Program-made: the position numbers and the translations under genes | The notes under the pieces: generated by a model | Databases searched by the model: none | Seen by the model: the letters and a program-made list of their open reading frames with translations, nothing else | What the model was told of the DNA's origin: nothing | Shown here: positions 6,196 through 16,800 of the stretch, piece after piece | How positions within the stretch are numbered: the stretch's first letter is position 1 | Layout: every line of letters starts with the position of its first letter | Virus record (IMG/VR): IMGVR_UViG_3300012953_000217 | Span: 1 to 24,513 of that record | Strand: one strand, 5' to 3' | Origin: a virus | Taxonomy: Duplodnaviria; Caudoviricetes | Length of the DNA stretch: 24,513 bases

Positions 6196-7025
6196 TAGAT
6201 TTCTCCTTTGTCAATTAAGTCAAGTATTTCATCAAGTTCAGATACAAGTGATGTCTGAACATTCTTTGGTACATCAATTTTAGTAACGTCCATCCCATCA
6301 ATATTTGTTGTTCCTATTGCCATTGCAAGATAGTTTACAATTCTGGTTGAGAACTTACTGTATACTGACTGTGGTATGGTAAAGAAGTGTGATGTAGCAT
6401 TAAGATATTCTTCACCATCAGCAAGAGCAGCCCATTTTGGTGGTGTCATAGGAAATGGCACTGAGTTAGCAGACATTGTTGCATGATCTGCTGGTATATC
6501 TCTTAGTTTCTTTCTATATGCTACCCATCTTGCTTTTTCTGCATCAGAACAAGGTGCATCACCAAGTTGTGTCCAGTCACTGTCCATTAACAAGAAGTTT
6601 CTAATTAATTTAACTTTAGTCCAGTTTAATATTGATGTCTTTGCGAAATGTCCTGCGAGATTTCTTTCTAAATCGTTCTCTTGTCCTTGTCTATACTCTG
6701 TCCACTTCTCAATAATTTTGGTAGACATGTCTGAAATTTCTGTTGGAAATGGTGATAGATCAAATTGATATGATACCCATTTATATACTCCAGTCTTCTG
6801 ATTTCTCTGATACTTAGTCTTATTCATTTTGACGGTATCATCTTTATATTTTACGAATAATTCTAATTTATCCTTGTCAGAATCCCATAGAGGATATAAT
6901 ATTGGAACTATATCGCTAGCCCAATAATCATCATCTATAGTTTTCATGATACCTTCAAATTGAATGGTCTTGTCAAAGGCATTCAAGTATAGTGATGTTT
7001 CTGCTGGTGATGCTATAGTTGCCAT
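6195..7025 (-). CDS. Phage tail fibre assembly chaperone-like protein (276 aa)
   Basis: Motif IRNFLLMDSDWTQLGDAP...KARWVAYRKKLRDIP matches the phage tail assembly chaperone signature (RN.LL..SDWTQ..D.P....W..YR..LRD.P); immediately follows the fibre genes. Confidence 0.82.
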   Translation of the reverse strand: MATIASPAETSLYLNAFDKTIQFEGIMKTIDDDYWASDIVPILYPLWDSDKDKLELFVKYKDDTVKMNKTKYQRNQKTGVYKWVSYQFDLSPFPTEISDMSTKIIEKWTEYRQGQENDLERNLAGHFAKTSILNWTKVKLIRNFLLMDSDWTQLGDAPCSDAEKARWVAYRKKLRDIPADHATMSANSVPFPMTPPKWAALADGEEYLNATSHFFTIPQSVYSKFSTRIVNYLAMAIGTTNIDGMDVTKIDVPKNVQTSLVSELDEILDLIDKGEI

Positions 7026-10000
7026 TTATAGTGCCTTAATTAAATACTTTACCCTATGGTATTTAGTTATGAGAGGAATGTTATTCTCTGCAGTCACAAT
7101 TGCAGTCGTAGTTATAGGTGTAGATGATGACATTGTAAATGTACCATCTGTAGTTACAACTCCTGCTTGTTGTGCTGTTACTTCTCTTCTTACTTCATTA
7201 ATACCAGTATCCAGTGATCCATCTAATGGTAGACCACCCTCGTCTATGTTTCCTGCTAACGTAGCACCACCAGTAGATATAAATGTTTGTTGAACTGAAG
7301 AATCATAGAAGAATGAAATAGCACCTAGTCCATAATTATCATCAGTTGCTGCTGCAGACTGATATGTAGGTCCTCTATCTTGTTCTATAACTAAGGTTAC
7401 GTCTGTTGCTCTCATTGAATCTCCTTCTGGGATACTTAAATCTACTCTCTGCCATGCTGGATTAGTATCAGCTGCCAACAATATCTGACTAAACAATGTA
7501 GTATTATTAGACGTTCCTTTCTTATAGAATAAATTTAGTGCTTGGGTTGGAGTTTCTCCACCATTTTGTCCACTACCTCTAATAATAGTAAATGCTATGG
7601 TATTGCAATCTGTAAGATCAAATGTTCCTACCTCTAACTGTCTTTTTCCAGCAGCATCTGAAGCAGCACCTGTAAATTCTATGTACTTTAATATTTTATT
7701 TGCTGTGTTGTTTGGTATACTTGAGGATGATCCAGCAAAACCAGTGTCATTTCCAGTTCCTTGTCCAAAATTTCTCTCTTTGATGCCAGGATCTGTTGAT
7801 GATAACCATACATTTCCTGATTGAGGTGCACCAACAGGATTTCCATCGGCATCTCCCTCATAATATGTTCCTTGTGGTGTTGAAGTTCCACCTGGCACCG
7901 TAGTTCCTGATTCTTTAGCAAAATATCTTACATATATCTCTCCACCACCACCATCAGTTCCTATTCCACCACCTTGACCAGGTGCTTGTAATGATACAAC
8001 AACATCTGTTTCTATCCCTGCTCCAAATGATATAGAAGCAGTGGCACCCTGTCCACCAGCACCACCAACATTATCCCAATAATCCTGACTATATGAATAT
8101 TGTATTTTTACATATCCTTTATCTGTTGGTAATGAACCATTTGAGTCTAGGACTACACTAGTAAAATATCCTGCTCTGACTGCAGAAGTACCAGCTCCTC
8201 CACCAGATCCACCACCGTTACCACCGTGACCGTCTCCTGCTGTTCCTCCTGATCCTGCGTTATCTTCAGTAATAAGACCACATCCAGCACCACCGCCACC
8301 GCCACCACCAGCAGAGCAACTTCCACCACTACCACTTTTACCAGTAGCGAAATCTATAGGTCCGTTAATTGTAAGAAGTGCATTTACAGATCCTACTGCG
8401 TCACCACCAGGATAGCAACCATCATTGGCAGAACCACCGTTGTTACCACCACCTGATCCACCACCAGCACCACCACCGCCAGCACCAGCGAATAGGATTC
8501 CATTGTAGAATATACCTGAGACACTACCGCCAGAACCACCAGTACCACCATTTCCCCATGCACCATAACCACCAGCACCAGATAAAGTTCCAGTAGCACC
8601 AGATACACCAGATACAATTCCTGGTTCATTTCCTGTACCAACACCACCTGGCCATGGAGGTCCCCATGGTTGTCCTGTAGCAGGGTCATTACCTACTGTT
8701 CCCGCACCAGATGTTCCTGATCTTCTGTTATAACCAGATCCACCACCATTACCTAGTTCCCAGTTTAATGTTCCACCAGCAGCAGTGAAAGTTCCAATTA
8801 TTCTTTGACCTCTACCACCTACACCACCAAGTCCACCTCCTCTACCGTCTGCTGTTTTTGGCCAACCTGTTGATCCATTCCAAAGTGGCCAGAATCCATT
8901 ACAATTAGAGTTAGCATTACCATTACCACTACCACCTCCACCACCAGATATTTCAATCTCAATGGTTCTACTTGTTTCATTCAATACTTGCTCTGGTACT
9001 GCCCATGATCCGTTATCAGTATATGTTACCGTTGGATTAGATACACTAATACTTTTTGTTTGTGCTGTTCCAACTCCACCTGTTGTATTTGCTCCTTGTG
9101 ATAAAACAGGTGATCCATACATTCCACCACCTAAAACATCATTACCACCAAGACCTTGCATACCACCATCTTGACCATCTTGACCATCTACCCACCCTAC
9201 ATTAATTCTAGCGTCATCTATCAATGCCTGTGGTACTTCAATTGTTCCTCCAACACCAGCAGCACCACCAGCAGCACCAGATGCTCCACCAGTACCACCT
9301 GTGACCTTAACTGTATAAAAAGTACCATCAATAGTTATACCAATTTGTGCATATCCACCATTTGTGCCAGGATTATCACTATCCGCACCACCACCGCCAG
9401 GTGCTTTAAGGTTGATCTGACATCCAGCAATTGTTCCTTGACTTGGATTTGGTTTTGTTACAGTTGTTCCAGCAGTTCCAGTAAAAGTATCTTCTTGTAT
9501 TGTAGTGGTATTACCTGGTATCTCAAATGTTTGTTCTTTACCACCTACAGTTGTATTAATATCAACAACATATATTCTTGGTGGTTCTATAATTTCTGTC
9601 TCAGCAAAATAACCATTTGCTAATTTAACATTTATACTTGTACCACTAGCATTTGCAGTACCAGGTATTTCTCCATCTCTTGGTAATACATTGAAATTAG
9701 TAAGACTAAATCCATTTGTTACAATAGTAAAGTTACCAGTAAATTCTGTTGGAGAAGCATTACTTACAGTTACAATATCACCTACTGAGAAGTTATGGTT
9801 TCCATCTGTATTGACTGTTATAAATCCACTACTAGAATCATATGTTACAGAAAGAACAGCGATTGTTGCTGACTCTGATACCATGTATTGATATTGTTGA
9901 CCACCAGTTGTTCCTGCTGTTTCTCCAATACCATTGGTATTACCATATGTTGCTGTAAGAGCATTTGGTAGTGGTACACCAATCAAACCATGTGAGTGAC

Positions 10001-11132
10001 CTAATGCACCACCAGCAGATCCATTTGGTTCAAATAAATTGATGTTTGCTCTACTATTAATATAAGTTACAGCAAACTTATCAACAGGAGTACCACTCAA
10101 TTCTACTTGTTTTGTCTCATCAACTTCTACTGATAATATTCTATGACTGTGTGTAGGAGGGAATGGAAAAACATAATCATCCATAGGTCCTACCTGATAC
10201 TTGACAGATCCTGTAAGATATGATGCAACATCTGCTAAAATTGAATTATATCCTGTACTTTTAACATCACCAATTACAAAGAACTCACCACCATCAATTA
10301 ATGTATTTTTAGGAATATACCATTGTCCACCAGTCTGTCCAACAAAATTATTGATTGCATTCTCTGGTGTTGCTGTTCCTGCTCCGTTGACAGTACCAAA
10401 TCCAAGTATTTTTTTCTGTCTGTAATCTGGTAAAGCAAATGTTCCAATATTATATGGAAAATCTGATAATGAAAATGATTTTTGTACAAAAAGATCAGGA
10501 TGAGTACCATTTGAAATGGTAGCACCACCCCAAAACTGACTCGTACTACCTCCAAATCTTATAAAATAATCTGCTTTCTCCAAGTTAGTAAGAGTTGATA
10601 GATCAACAGTATCTGGAAATATTATTTCATATGTAAATTCATTTGTAAAATCTCCTGTACCTGTAACATCTTCTGTTGGTTGTGTTAATTGATAGAATGT
10701 TTCCTGATTAAATACACCAGCACTTGGAAATGAACCATATGGATTTGTTATTATATTATTAAATCTAAACACTGCACCATATGGATATGGTCTTTTTACA
10801 CTTACCTTATTATTGCTAGAATCCCAATAGAAATTCATAAACATTTTATTGTTTTGAATCCATGCTCTTCTTAATCCACCAGGTTGATTTGTCTGTGTAA
10901 TATTAACTGATGGAGAACCACCATAAGTATTCTGTATAATACTGTATAATTCTGGATAGTCACGAATATTCAGTGTTTGTCCATTACAATATAAATGCTG
11001 TGGATATGTATATTCAGGACCGTTTGCAGCAAGATTTACATCAGCAAAGACAGGAAGAATTGATCCGACAGGAGAATGGTTACCAGTCTTATCGGAATAA
11101 TAATTAGAATAGGAATTCCTATATGTTGCCAT
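7026..11132 (-). CDS. Tail collar domain, glycine-rich tail fibre/adhesin (1368 aa)
   Basis: Split collar motif SPVGSILP...HLYCNGQTLNIRDYPELYSII...YGG [insert] GTFALPDYR; THSH and GHSH motifs; long Gly-rich region; C-terminal KYHRVKYLIKAL. Confidence 0.88.
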   Translation of the reverse strand: MATYRNSYSNYYSDKTGNHSPVGSILPVFADVNLAANGPEYTYPQHLYCNGQTLNIRDYPELYSIIQNTYGGSPSVNITQTNQPGGLRRAWIQNNKMFMNFYWDSSNNKVSVKRPYPYGAVFRFNNIITNPYGSFPSAGVFNQETFYQLTQPTEDVTGTGDFTNEFTYEIIFPDTVDLSTLTNLEKADYFIRFGGSTSQFWGGATISNGTHPDLFVQKSFSLSDFPYNIGTFALPDYRQKKILGFGTVNGAGTATPENAINNFVGQTGGQWYIPKNTLIDGGEFFVIGDVKSTGYNSILADVASYLTGSVKYQVGPMDDYVFPFPPTHSHRILSVEVDETKQVELSGTPVDKFAVTYINSRANINLFEPNGSAGGALGHSHGLIGVPLPNALTATYGNTNGIGETAGTTGGQQYQYMVSESATIAVLSVTYDSSSGFITVNTDGNHNFSVGDIVTVSNASPTEFTGNFTIVTNGFSLTNFNVLPRDGEIPGTANASGTSINVKLANGYFAETEIIEPPRIYVVDINTTVGGKEQTFEIPGNTTTIQEDTFTGTAGTTVTKPNPSQGTIAGCQINLKAPGGGGADSDNPGTNGGYAQIGITIDGTFYTVKVTGGTGGASGAAGGAAGVGGTIEVPQALIDDARINVGWVDGQDGQDGGMQGLGGNDVLGGGMYGSPVLSQGANTTGGVGTAQTKSISVSNPTVTYTDNGSWAVPEQVLNETSRTIEIEISGGGGGSGNGNANSNCNGFWPLWNGSTGWPKTADGRGGGLGGVGGRGQRIIGTFTAAGGTLNWELGNGGGSGYNRRSGTSGAGTVGNDPATGQPWGPPWPGGVGTGNEPGIVSGVSGATGTLSGAGGYGAWGNGGTGGSGGSVSGIFYNGILFAGAGGGGAGGGSGGGNNGGSANDGCYPGGDAVGSVNALLTINGPIDFATGKSGSGGSCSAGGGGGGGAGCGLITEDNAGSGGTAGDGHGGNGGGSGGGAGTSAVRAGYFTSVVLDSNGSLPTDKGYVKIQYSYSQDYWDNVGGAGGQGATASISFGAGIETDVVVSLQAPGQGGGIGTDGGGGEIYVRYFAKESGTTVPGGTSTPQGTYYEGDADGNPVGAPQSGNVWLSSTDPGIKERNFGQGTGNDTGFAGSSSSIPNNTANKILKYIEFTGAASDAAGKRQLEVGTFDLTDCNTIAFTIIRGSGQNGGETPTQALNLFYKKGTSNNTTLFSQILLAADTNPAWQRVDLSIPEGDSMRATDVTLVIEQDRGPTYQSAAATDDNYGLGAISFFYDSSVQQTFISTGGATLAGNIDEGGLPLDGSLDTGINEVRREVTAQQAGVVTTDGTFTMSSSTPITTTAIVTAENNIPLITKYHRVKYLIKAL

Positions 11133-11133
11133 G

Positions 11134-12540
11134 TTAATATTTAATTAAAAATTCTTGAATTAAGAATGGTTGTATATAACCATCTGCCTTGTTTTGCTCG
11201 TTTACATCTATCTGAATTGTAGATGTTATTGCATCAGCAGGAATATATGTTGGTTTTGTTACCACATTAAATGTATGTGGGTCTTGATTGAAAGGCATAA
11301 AATGTTTATGTATGCAATCTCTACCAAACTCTTCAACATCAGTTACTGTATTGTTGAGAGCAGCAAAAGCAGGATTATCTGCTCGTGAGTCAAATGGCAC
11401 TTGAGTTGCTTTATCCACAAGGGCTGGTGTATAGTTTGCTGCTAATTGAGCATGAGTATCTGGTTGTTTAGTGTCAACATAGTCATTACAGTTTGCACCT
11501 CCTGCGTTACACCGAGGTCCTGTTCTACAAGTCATTTCACCTTGATAAAACATATTTCCACAAAATCCTGTTTGTGGTGAATTTCCCTCCTGATGATACA
11601 TAGGCCATCCTAACTGAGTTCCATTAGAATTACATCCAAACTGGTATATTTGTCCTGTTGGTGTACCACTTCCATCTGAATTTAATATAGGAATATCGCC
11701 AGGTACAAGACATTGACCTTGATTTGCAAAATCACAACCATTCCAACATCCACCAAAATAGAAATATGTTTCCTGACTAGGACCACCAAATGGAAATGTT
11801 ACACATCCGTTTGATTTGTTTCTGTTTGGCATTTGTGCAGCAACTTGCTTAGATGCAGCTGCTTTACATAATGGTTGAGTAGTATTGTCTGCCCATGGTA
11901 TGATGCATAATGTAGACTTAGATTCGTATGCATTTCTACCAAATAAAGAAAACTCACTTGATGGTGATGCAGTTCTTGATCTTTTACCATCATGAAAGTG
12001 AGCATGTGGTTGAAATGCTGTATGTAATACTTCTGTTTCTTCTGTATAGTTACCACTAGATCTAGCAAAACCTGGTTGTCCAGTAATTTCTAATGTTTGT
12101 GCTGGTAAAAAGAAGTTACCTTGATATTGTATCTCAAAAGATGTACCTATATTGCTACTGACTTCTAACCCTACACCAGATTTTGTTATCTCTTGTCCTG
12201 CGTCATTATTCAAATATGTATCCTGATAGTCTCCTAAGTTTGCACCAAATGATGTCTTGGTAGACTTTGCACTAAGATCTGGTACTTGAAATTGATTATC
12301 AAGTAATGTAGTATCTGGTTTTTTATATCTACAATTTGTTCCTATGCCCAATATAGCAGCAAGTTCTGGAAAGTTTTCTGCAAGATAAACTGAACCATCA
12401 CATCTCAGATAACCAGCAGGAAGAGTCTGATATAATGTGACATCTGAGGGATCATTAGATGTTAATTGTTTAGACCAGTTTATAATAGAACCAGTAAGAG
12501 TTCCTAATTTTCCTTTTTCTTTTGAATATAATACTGCCAT
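11134..12540 (-). CDS. Phage tail collar domain fibre protein with Cys-rich central insert (468 aa)
   Basis: Collar motif TGSIINW...LPAGYLRCDGSVY....FPELAAILG...FQVPDL; HAHFH and HKH motifs; C-terminal PFLIQEFLIKY; start overlaps upstream stop by 1 nt. Confidence 0.88.
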   Translation of the reverse strand: MAVLYSKEKGKLGTLTGSIINWSKQLTSNDPSDVTLYQTLPAGYLRCDGSVYLAENFPELAAILGIGTNCRYKKPDTTLLDNQFQVPDLSAKSTKTSFGANLGDYQDTYLNNDAGQEITKSGVGLEVSSNIGTSFEIQYQGNFFLPAQTLEITGQPGFARSSGNYTEETEVLHTAFQPHAHFHDGKRSRTASPSSEFSLFGRNAYESKSTLCIIPWADNTTQPLCKAAASKQVAAQMPNRNKSNGCVTFPFGGPSQETYFYFGGCWNGCDFANQGQCLVPGDIPILNSDGSGTPTGQIYQFGCNSNGTQLGWPMYHQEGNSPQTGFCGNMFYQGEMTCRTGPRCNAGGANCNDYVDTKQPDTHAQLAANYTPALVDKATQVPFDSRADNPAFAALNNTVTDVEEFGRDCIHKHFMPFNQDPHTFNVVTKPTYIPADAITSTIQIDVNEQNKADGYIQPFLIQEFLIKY

Positions 12541-13865
12541 TAGTATGCTCTGATGATATACAGTACGACTAAGGATGGTGTGTTAGGATTGATCTGCACA
12601 CTAAGTGCTCTGTCAACATTTATAGGTTGTATGTTTCCAGTAGTCATATTATTTATGAGTATAGTGCTAGGCAAATTCATTTGTCCATTAGTCATTGTTA
12701 TGTCAATGGTGAAATGATTGTGTGATCCTAATGTTGCATCAGTAAAAGCATCACCACCATGATTCAATGTGGTAGGATATGGAAAATCTCTACCAACTGC
12801 TGTATCAGGTGCACCATAATAATCATTTTGTGATCCTATTATAGGTGTTGTTCCATCACTTCTTCTTGCTAAAGGAACTTGATCTGATGAGTAATAGTTT
12901 TTCTGTCCTAAGTATACGCCAGGTGGTGGGAATGGTGCTGTAACTGCTGCCTGTTGTACCTGTGATACACATGAGTTATCATCTGCATATCCAGTTCCAG
13001 CAGTACCAGTTGTTTGTCCATAAGCTGGAATATTTCTATCAAGACTTGGTACTAATGGTATAACTTCAGATGAATTACCAAAATGTCTATGTCTATCACA
13101 ATCAACTAATGATGTTGCTGCAGGGTCATATGCAGTCCAAAAAACTTCACCAGTTATAAATCTATCTGCTAGTGGTTCATCATTAGATAAACCAAAATCT
13201 GATCCTGTTGAATATTCCTGACCTTGAGCCTCAAAAAATCCTGCTTCAAACAAACCCACATAAGAACCACCTAGTTCTACAGATGGATAAACACTTCCAT
13301 CTGATGGTCTTGGATGTGTATGTGTTGCAGTATGCTCAGTACCTAGTTTTCTAGGTATAGTTCTAATAGTATCAAAATATGATGGTTCCTCTAAAGTAAT
13401 TCCTTTTATTTTTCCTGATAGTTCTGCCTCTGGATTAGTTATAAATTCTGCATCAATATATGACAACACATTTGATAATGGTTGATTACCTTCAAATCCA
13501 TTTTTTGAAATATATTGTCCTACAACACTCAATTCTAAACCTGTTAATAGACTACCCTCTAAATCCATTGGCACTTGCTGATTAAGTGTTGGTAAATTAA
13601 AGACATCATCGTCATTGTAACTTGGATATGAATTAGATATGCCAACGAATGGTTGACCTGGTTCTACTGTAGGACCATATTCATTACCTAGTACCTGTGC
13701 GAGTATTGGATAATCTTTTGCTTTGAGTTGATTACCATTACATATTATCCATCCATTTGGTATGGCATCTGCAACCAGTGCTGAGGAACTTGTACTACCA
13801 GTCCATGGCATGATTGTACCAACTGGACTGGCTTTTGCTGCCTTTATCCTATTATAATTTGCCAT
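12540..13865 (-). CDS. Phage tail collar domain fibre protein (441 aa)
   Basis: N-terminal collar motif SPVGTIMPW...IPNGWIICNG..L....YPILAQVLG..Y...FNLP.L; HxH motifs (THTH, RHRH, SHNH); C-terminal PSLVVLYIIRAY; GGAGG ribosome site in the last codons of the upstream gene. Confidence 0.88.
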   Translation of the reverse strand: MANYNRIKAAKASPVGTIMPWTGSTSSSALVADAIPNGWIICNGNQLKAKDYPILAQVLGNEYGPTVEPGQPFVGISNSYPSYNDDDVFNLPTLNQQVPMDLEGSLLTGLELSVVGQYISKNGFEGNQPLSNVLSYIDAEFITNPEAELSGKIKGITLEEPSYFDTIRTIPRKLGTEHTATHTHPRPSDGSVYPSVELGGSYVGLFEAGFFEAQGQEYSTGSDFGLSNDEPLADRFITGEVFWTAYDPAATSLVDCDRHRHFGNSSEVIPLVPSLDRNIPAYGQTTGTAGTGYADDNSCVSQVQQAAVTAPFPPPGVYLGQKNYYSSDQVPLARRSDGTTPIIGSQNDYYGAPDTAVGRDFPYPTTLNHGGDAFTDATLGSHNHFTIDITMTNGQMNLPSTILINNMTTGNIQPINVDRALSVQINPNTPSLVVLYIIRAY

Positions 13866-13868
13866 TTA

Positions 13869-16800
13869 TTATACCTCCATTAACCACCAACCCTGTACGC
13901 TGGTTGGGATTCCTATTTGATCATTACTATCAGTTGAACCAAGATATATTAATGCAAATCCTGCATTTGGAGTTTGTACTACAAGTTCACCAGATGGATA
14001 TGGAGTTAATCTATCTCCAAATAGTGTTCCTATTGCATCACCCTGTATTGGTGTGCCACTAGTCTCAGGAGTTCTGACGACTAATGTTGTGTCAAACTTC
14101 AAGTTACCACCTACATCAATCATTCTTACAATGTCACCTGTTTGTGGTGCTGGTGGTAATGTAACGATTAATGTTTGTGTATTCTGAACATTGACCATGT
14201 ATACTATATTTGGAATCAATGTTAGATCTGCTTCTGGTGATGCTGCGGATAAGTATCTTGCATGTCTTGCACCACTTGATGTAGTGAAGTTTTGTAATCC
14301 AAATGCATCAATTGAACGATCTCTGTTAACAGTGAACTCACTACCACCACCAACTCCAAGATTTTGTACTGAGAATACATCATCCTTTGTAGGAACAGAT
14401 ACTGCAGTACCTGTGACTGTTAATGAATTCTGAGCAACTACATTACCAGAGTTATCAACTGAGAATGATGGATCACAGTTTAAACTTAACAGAACATTTT
14501 CTGGGCAAGATGTTGGATATAATCGGATCTCTCCCCTTGCAGTAACAGCAGCATCCCAATACAATATACCTTGGTGATCAGCATGTCCGTCATCATTAAC
14601 AAACTGGAATAGTTTTGTTTGTTTGACACTATCAAAGATGGTGAAGTTACCACCACTTAATGTTAGTGCATCTGTGACATTCAGACTACCCTCTCTATAT
14701 GACTTAGCACCATCACCTATTTGCTCATCCATTATGGTCATATGGTTCTTACCATATAATCTGCCTTGTACGATGGTGAGAATTTCAGTGCCAGTAGATG
14801 TATTTCTAAATCTCAACCACTGTCTGTAATCAAGTTTAGATTGTGAGATATATCCTCTCTCTAGAATTACAGAGAGATAGTCAGTTGGAACTCCACCTTG
14901 TTGTCTTTGTCTAATCTGAGCATCAACTACTAGAGATTGTCTCTCATGTTTGATAATTCTTCTAACAACATCAGCAGCCTGATGACTCATCTCAACTGTG
15001 CCTTCCTGTGCTCTGTTCACAGTGATCACATTTGTTGCATCAACGACACCAGTAATTGTCATAAATTCAAGTTGACCAGTGTTGCTAGAGAATGATGTTA
15101 GAGGTCCTACAGCAATTAGGTCGCCAACTGCAAACTTACCAGTTCCTTCTCCAAGTTGCTGCACTGTTATCTGTAATACTCCTCCTCCAGTTGCAGTTGA
15201 TACAATAGTTGTATTAGGACCATTACCCTGTATTGTCTGTGGATCTGCATAGTAACTATACGCAATTATGTTATCATCATTTAATGCTGCTGGTAAATTA
15301 GCATTTGTAAGAATTCCAGCAGCACTTGACCATGCTAGGTTAAGATCAAATCTACCAGCATGTGTACCAATTGTTGTTGTACCTGTGCATGTATCAACAT
15401 CAAATGTTACATTATTACCACCATCAGTTGCTGTTATTCTCTCATTTCTTTCTGCTTTAAATGTACCACCAGTTATTGATGATGATCCAATGATCTTATC
15501 TGTTAAGTAAACAGCACCGCCAAACACGAAGTCAACAGCAGTATCTTGAGTCATCTTTATAGGTGACCCATCTGTAATAACAGTGACAAGATCTCCTTTC
15601 TGAATATCAGCAATTGTCTTACCAGAAGTTAGAACCTGTATGTTAGTAATTACATTTGTTTGAGCATTTGCATCACCAGTAAACTGAGTCGTGCCAAGAG
15701 TTCCACAACCACCATCCATGATAAGTGATGAGTTGACTGATAAAACTGATCCTGGTATATTTGGATTACCAATTTGTACTTCACCAGTTACAGAATTAAC
15801 TACGAATACATCCTCATCTGGATCAGCACAATTAGAAATTCTAAACTTCTGTACTTGTTGCTCTAGAGGACTGATGACTTTAATATATTCTGGAACTTTT
15901 GGTGAGTCGTTTCTATCAATAATAACATAATCATTGTTTGTTAGACTACCACCAAACTCTGAGAGATATACTGAATCAGTTGCACTGGTATCATTATCAA
16001 GTGCTTGCTCTGTCCATGTAGCATCAAACTGTACATTAACTTTGTATATTGGTGTAGTATCAACATGATTGCTTAATACACCACCAAATGCACCAAATGG
16101 TTGACGCTTGACTTTAATGTAGTATGGTGCTTCGTTAATCCTTGTGAGTTCTGTAATCTGTAGAATCTCAGGATGTCCTGTTGCTGATGAACCTGTACCA
16201 ACAACTGCACTATCAACTATGATGTAATCACTGGTTCCAAAATATGGATCACCATTTGCTTTGACTGGTTCAAATTTAAGTGGTAGATAGTATTCATCTC
16301 CAGATATTGCTGGTAGAATGATGGGTTCAACTGATCCACCAGTATTGACTGTATTTTGATACGATGTTCCACCCCATTGTCCTGCACCAGCAGTATCAAT
16401 TTGGTTGTATCCTTCTTCATTTGTTCCTTTGACAAGAACATTTAAGATATCAATATTCTTATTGAACAATGCAGTAGATATAATACCATCTTCATGTGCG
16501 GTTATATCTGTTCCTAACTGTGCTCTTCCACCAGTAAATGCAAATGATGCAACACCACCACACATATGGATATCACCATTGAACTTAGCAGATGCAATAA
16601 CTTCTAACTGGTTGTTAATGGTAGTTTGTCCACCCTGTCCAGCAATGTTAATTTCAGATGCATTAGTTGCAAAATTGATGATTGAAGGACCACCAGTGTT
16701 AGAGAAGAAATCAACCTGTGATGCTTGTGATTTAAGTGATGTGGTTTCACCAAGTCCCTTACGGAATCCTAACCATGCATCACCATCAATTCTCAAGTTT

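Noticed and set aside
7023-7030. TATAAATG at the fibre/chaperone junction as a T4 late promoter
   Set aside because: Fully explained by stop codon plus ATG, and leaves no room for a leader.
7900-9420. Dense ACC/CCA runs and CCATCTTGA tandem repeat near 9166-9190
   Set aside because: Consequence of Gly-rich coding (GGT/GGA codons; DGQDGQDG), not an independent repeat or CRISPR array.
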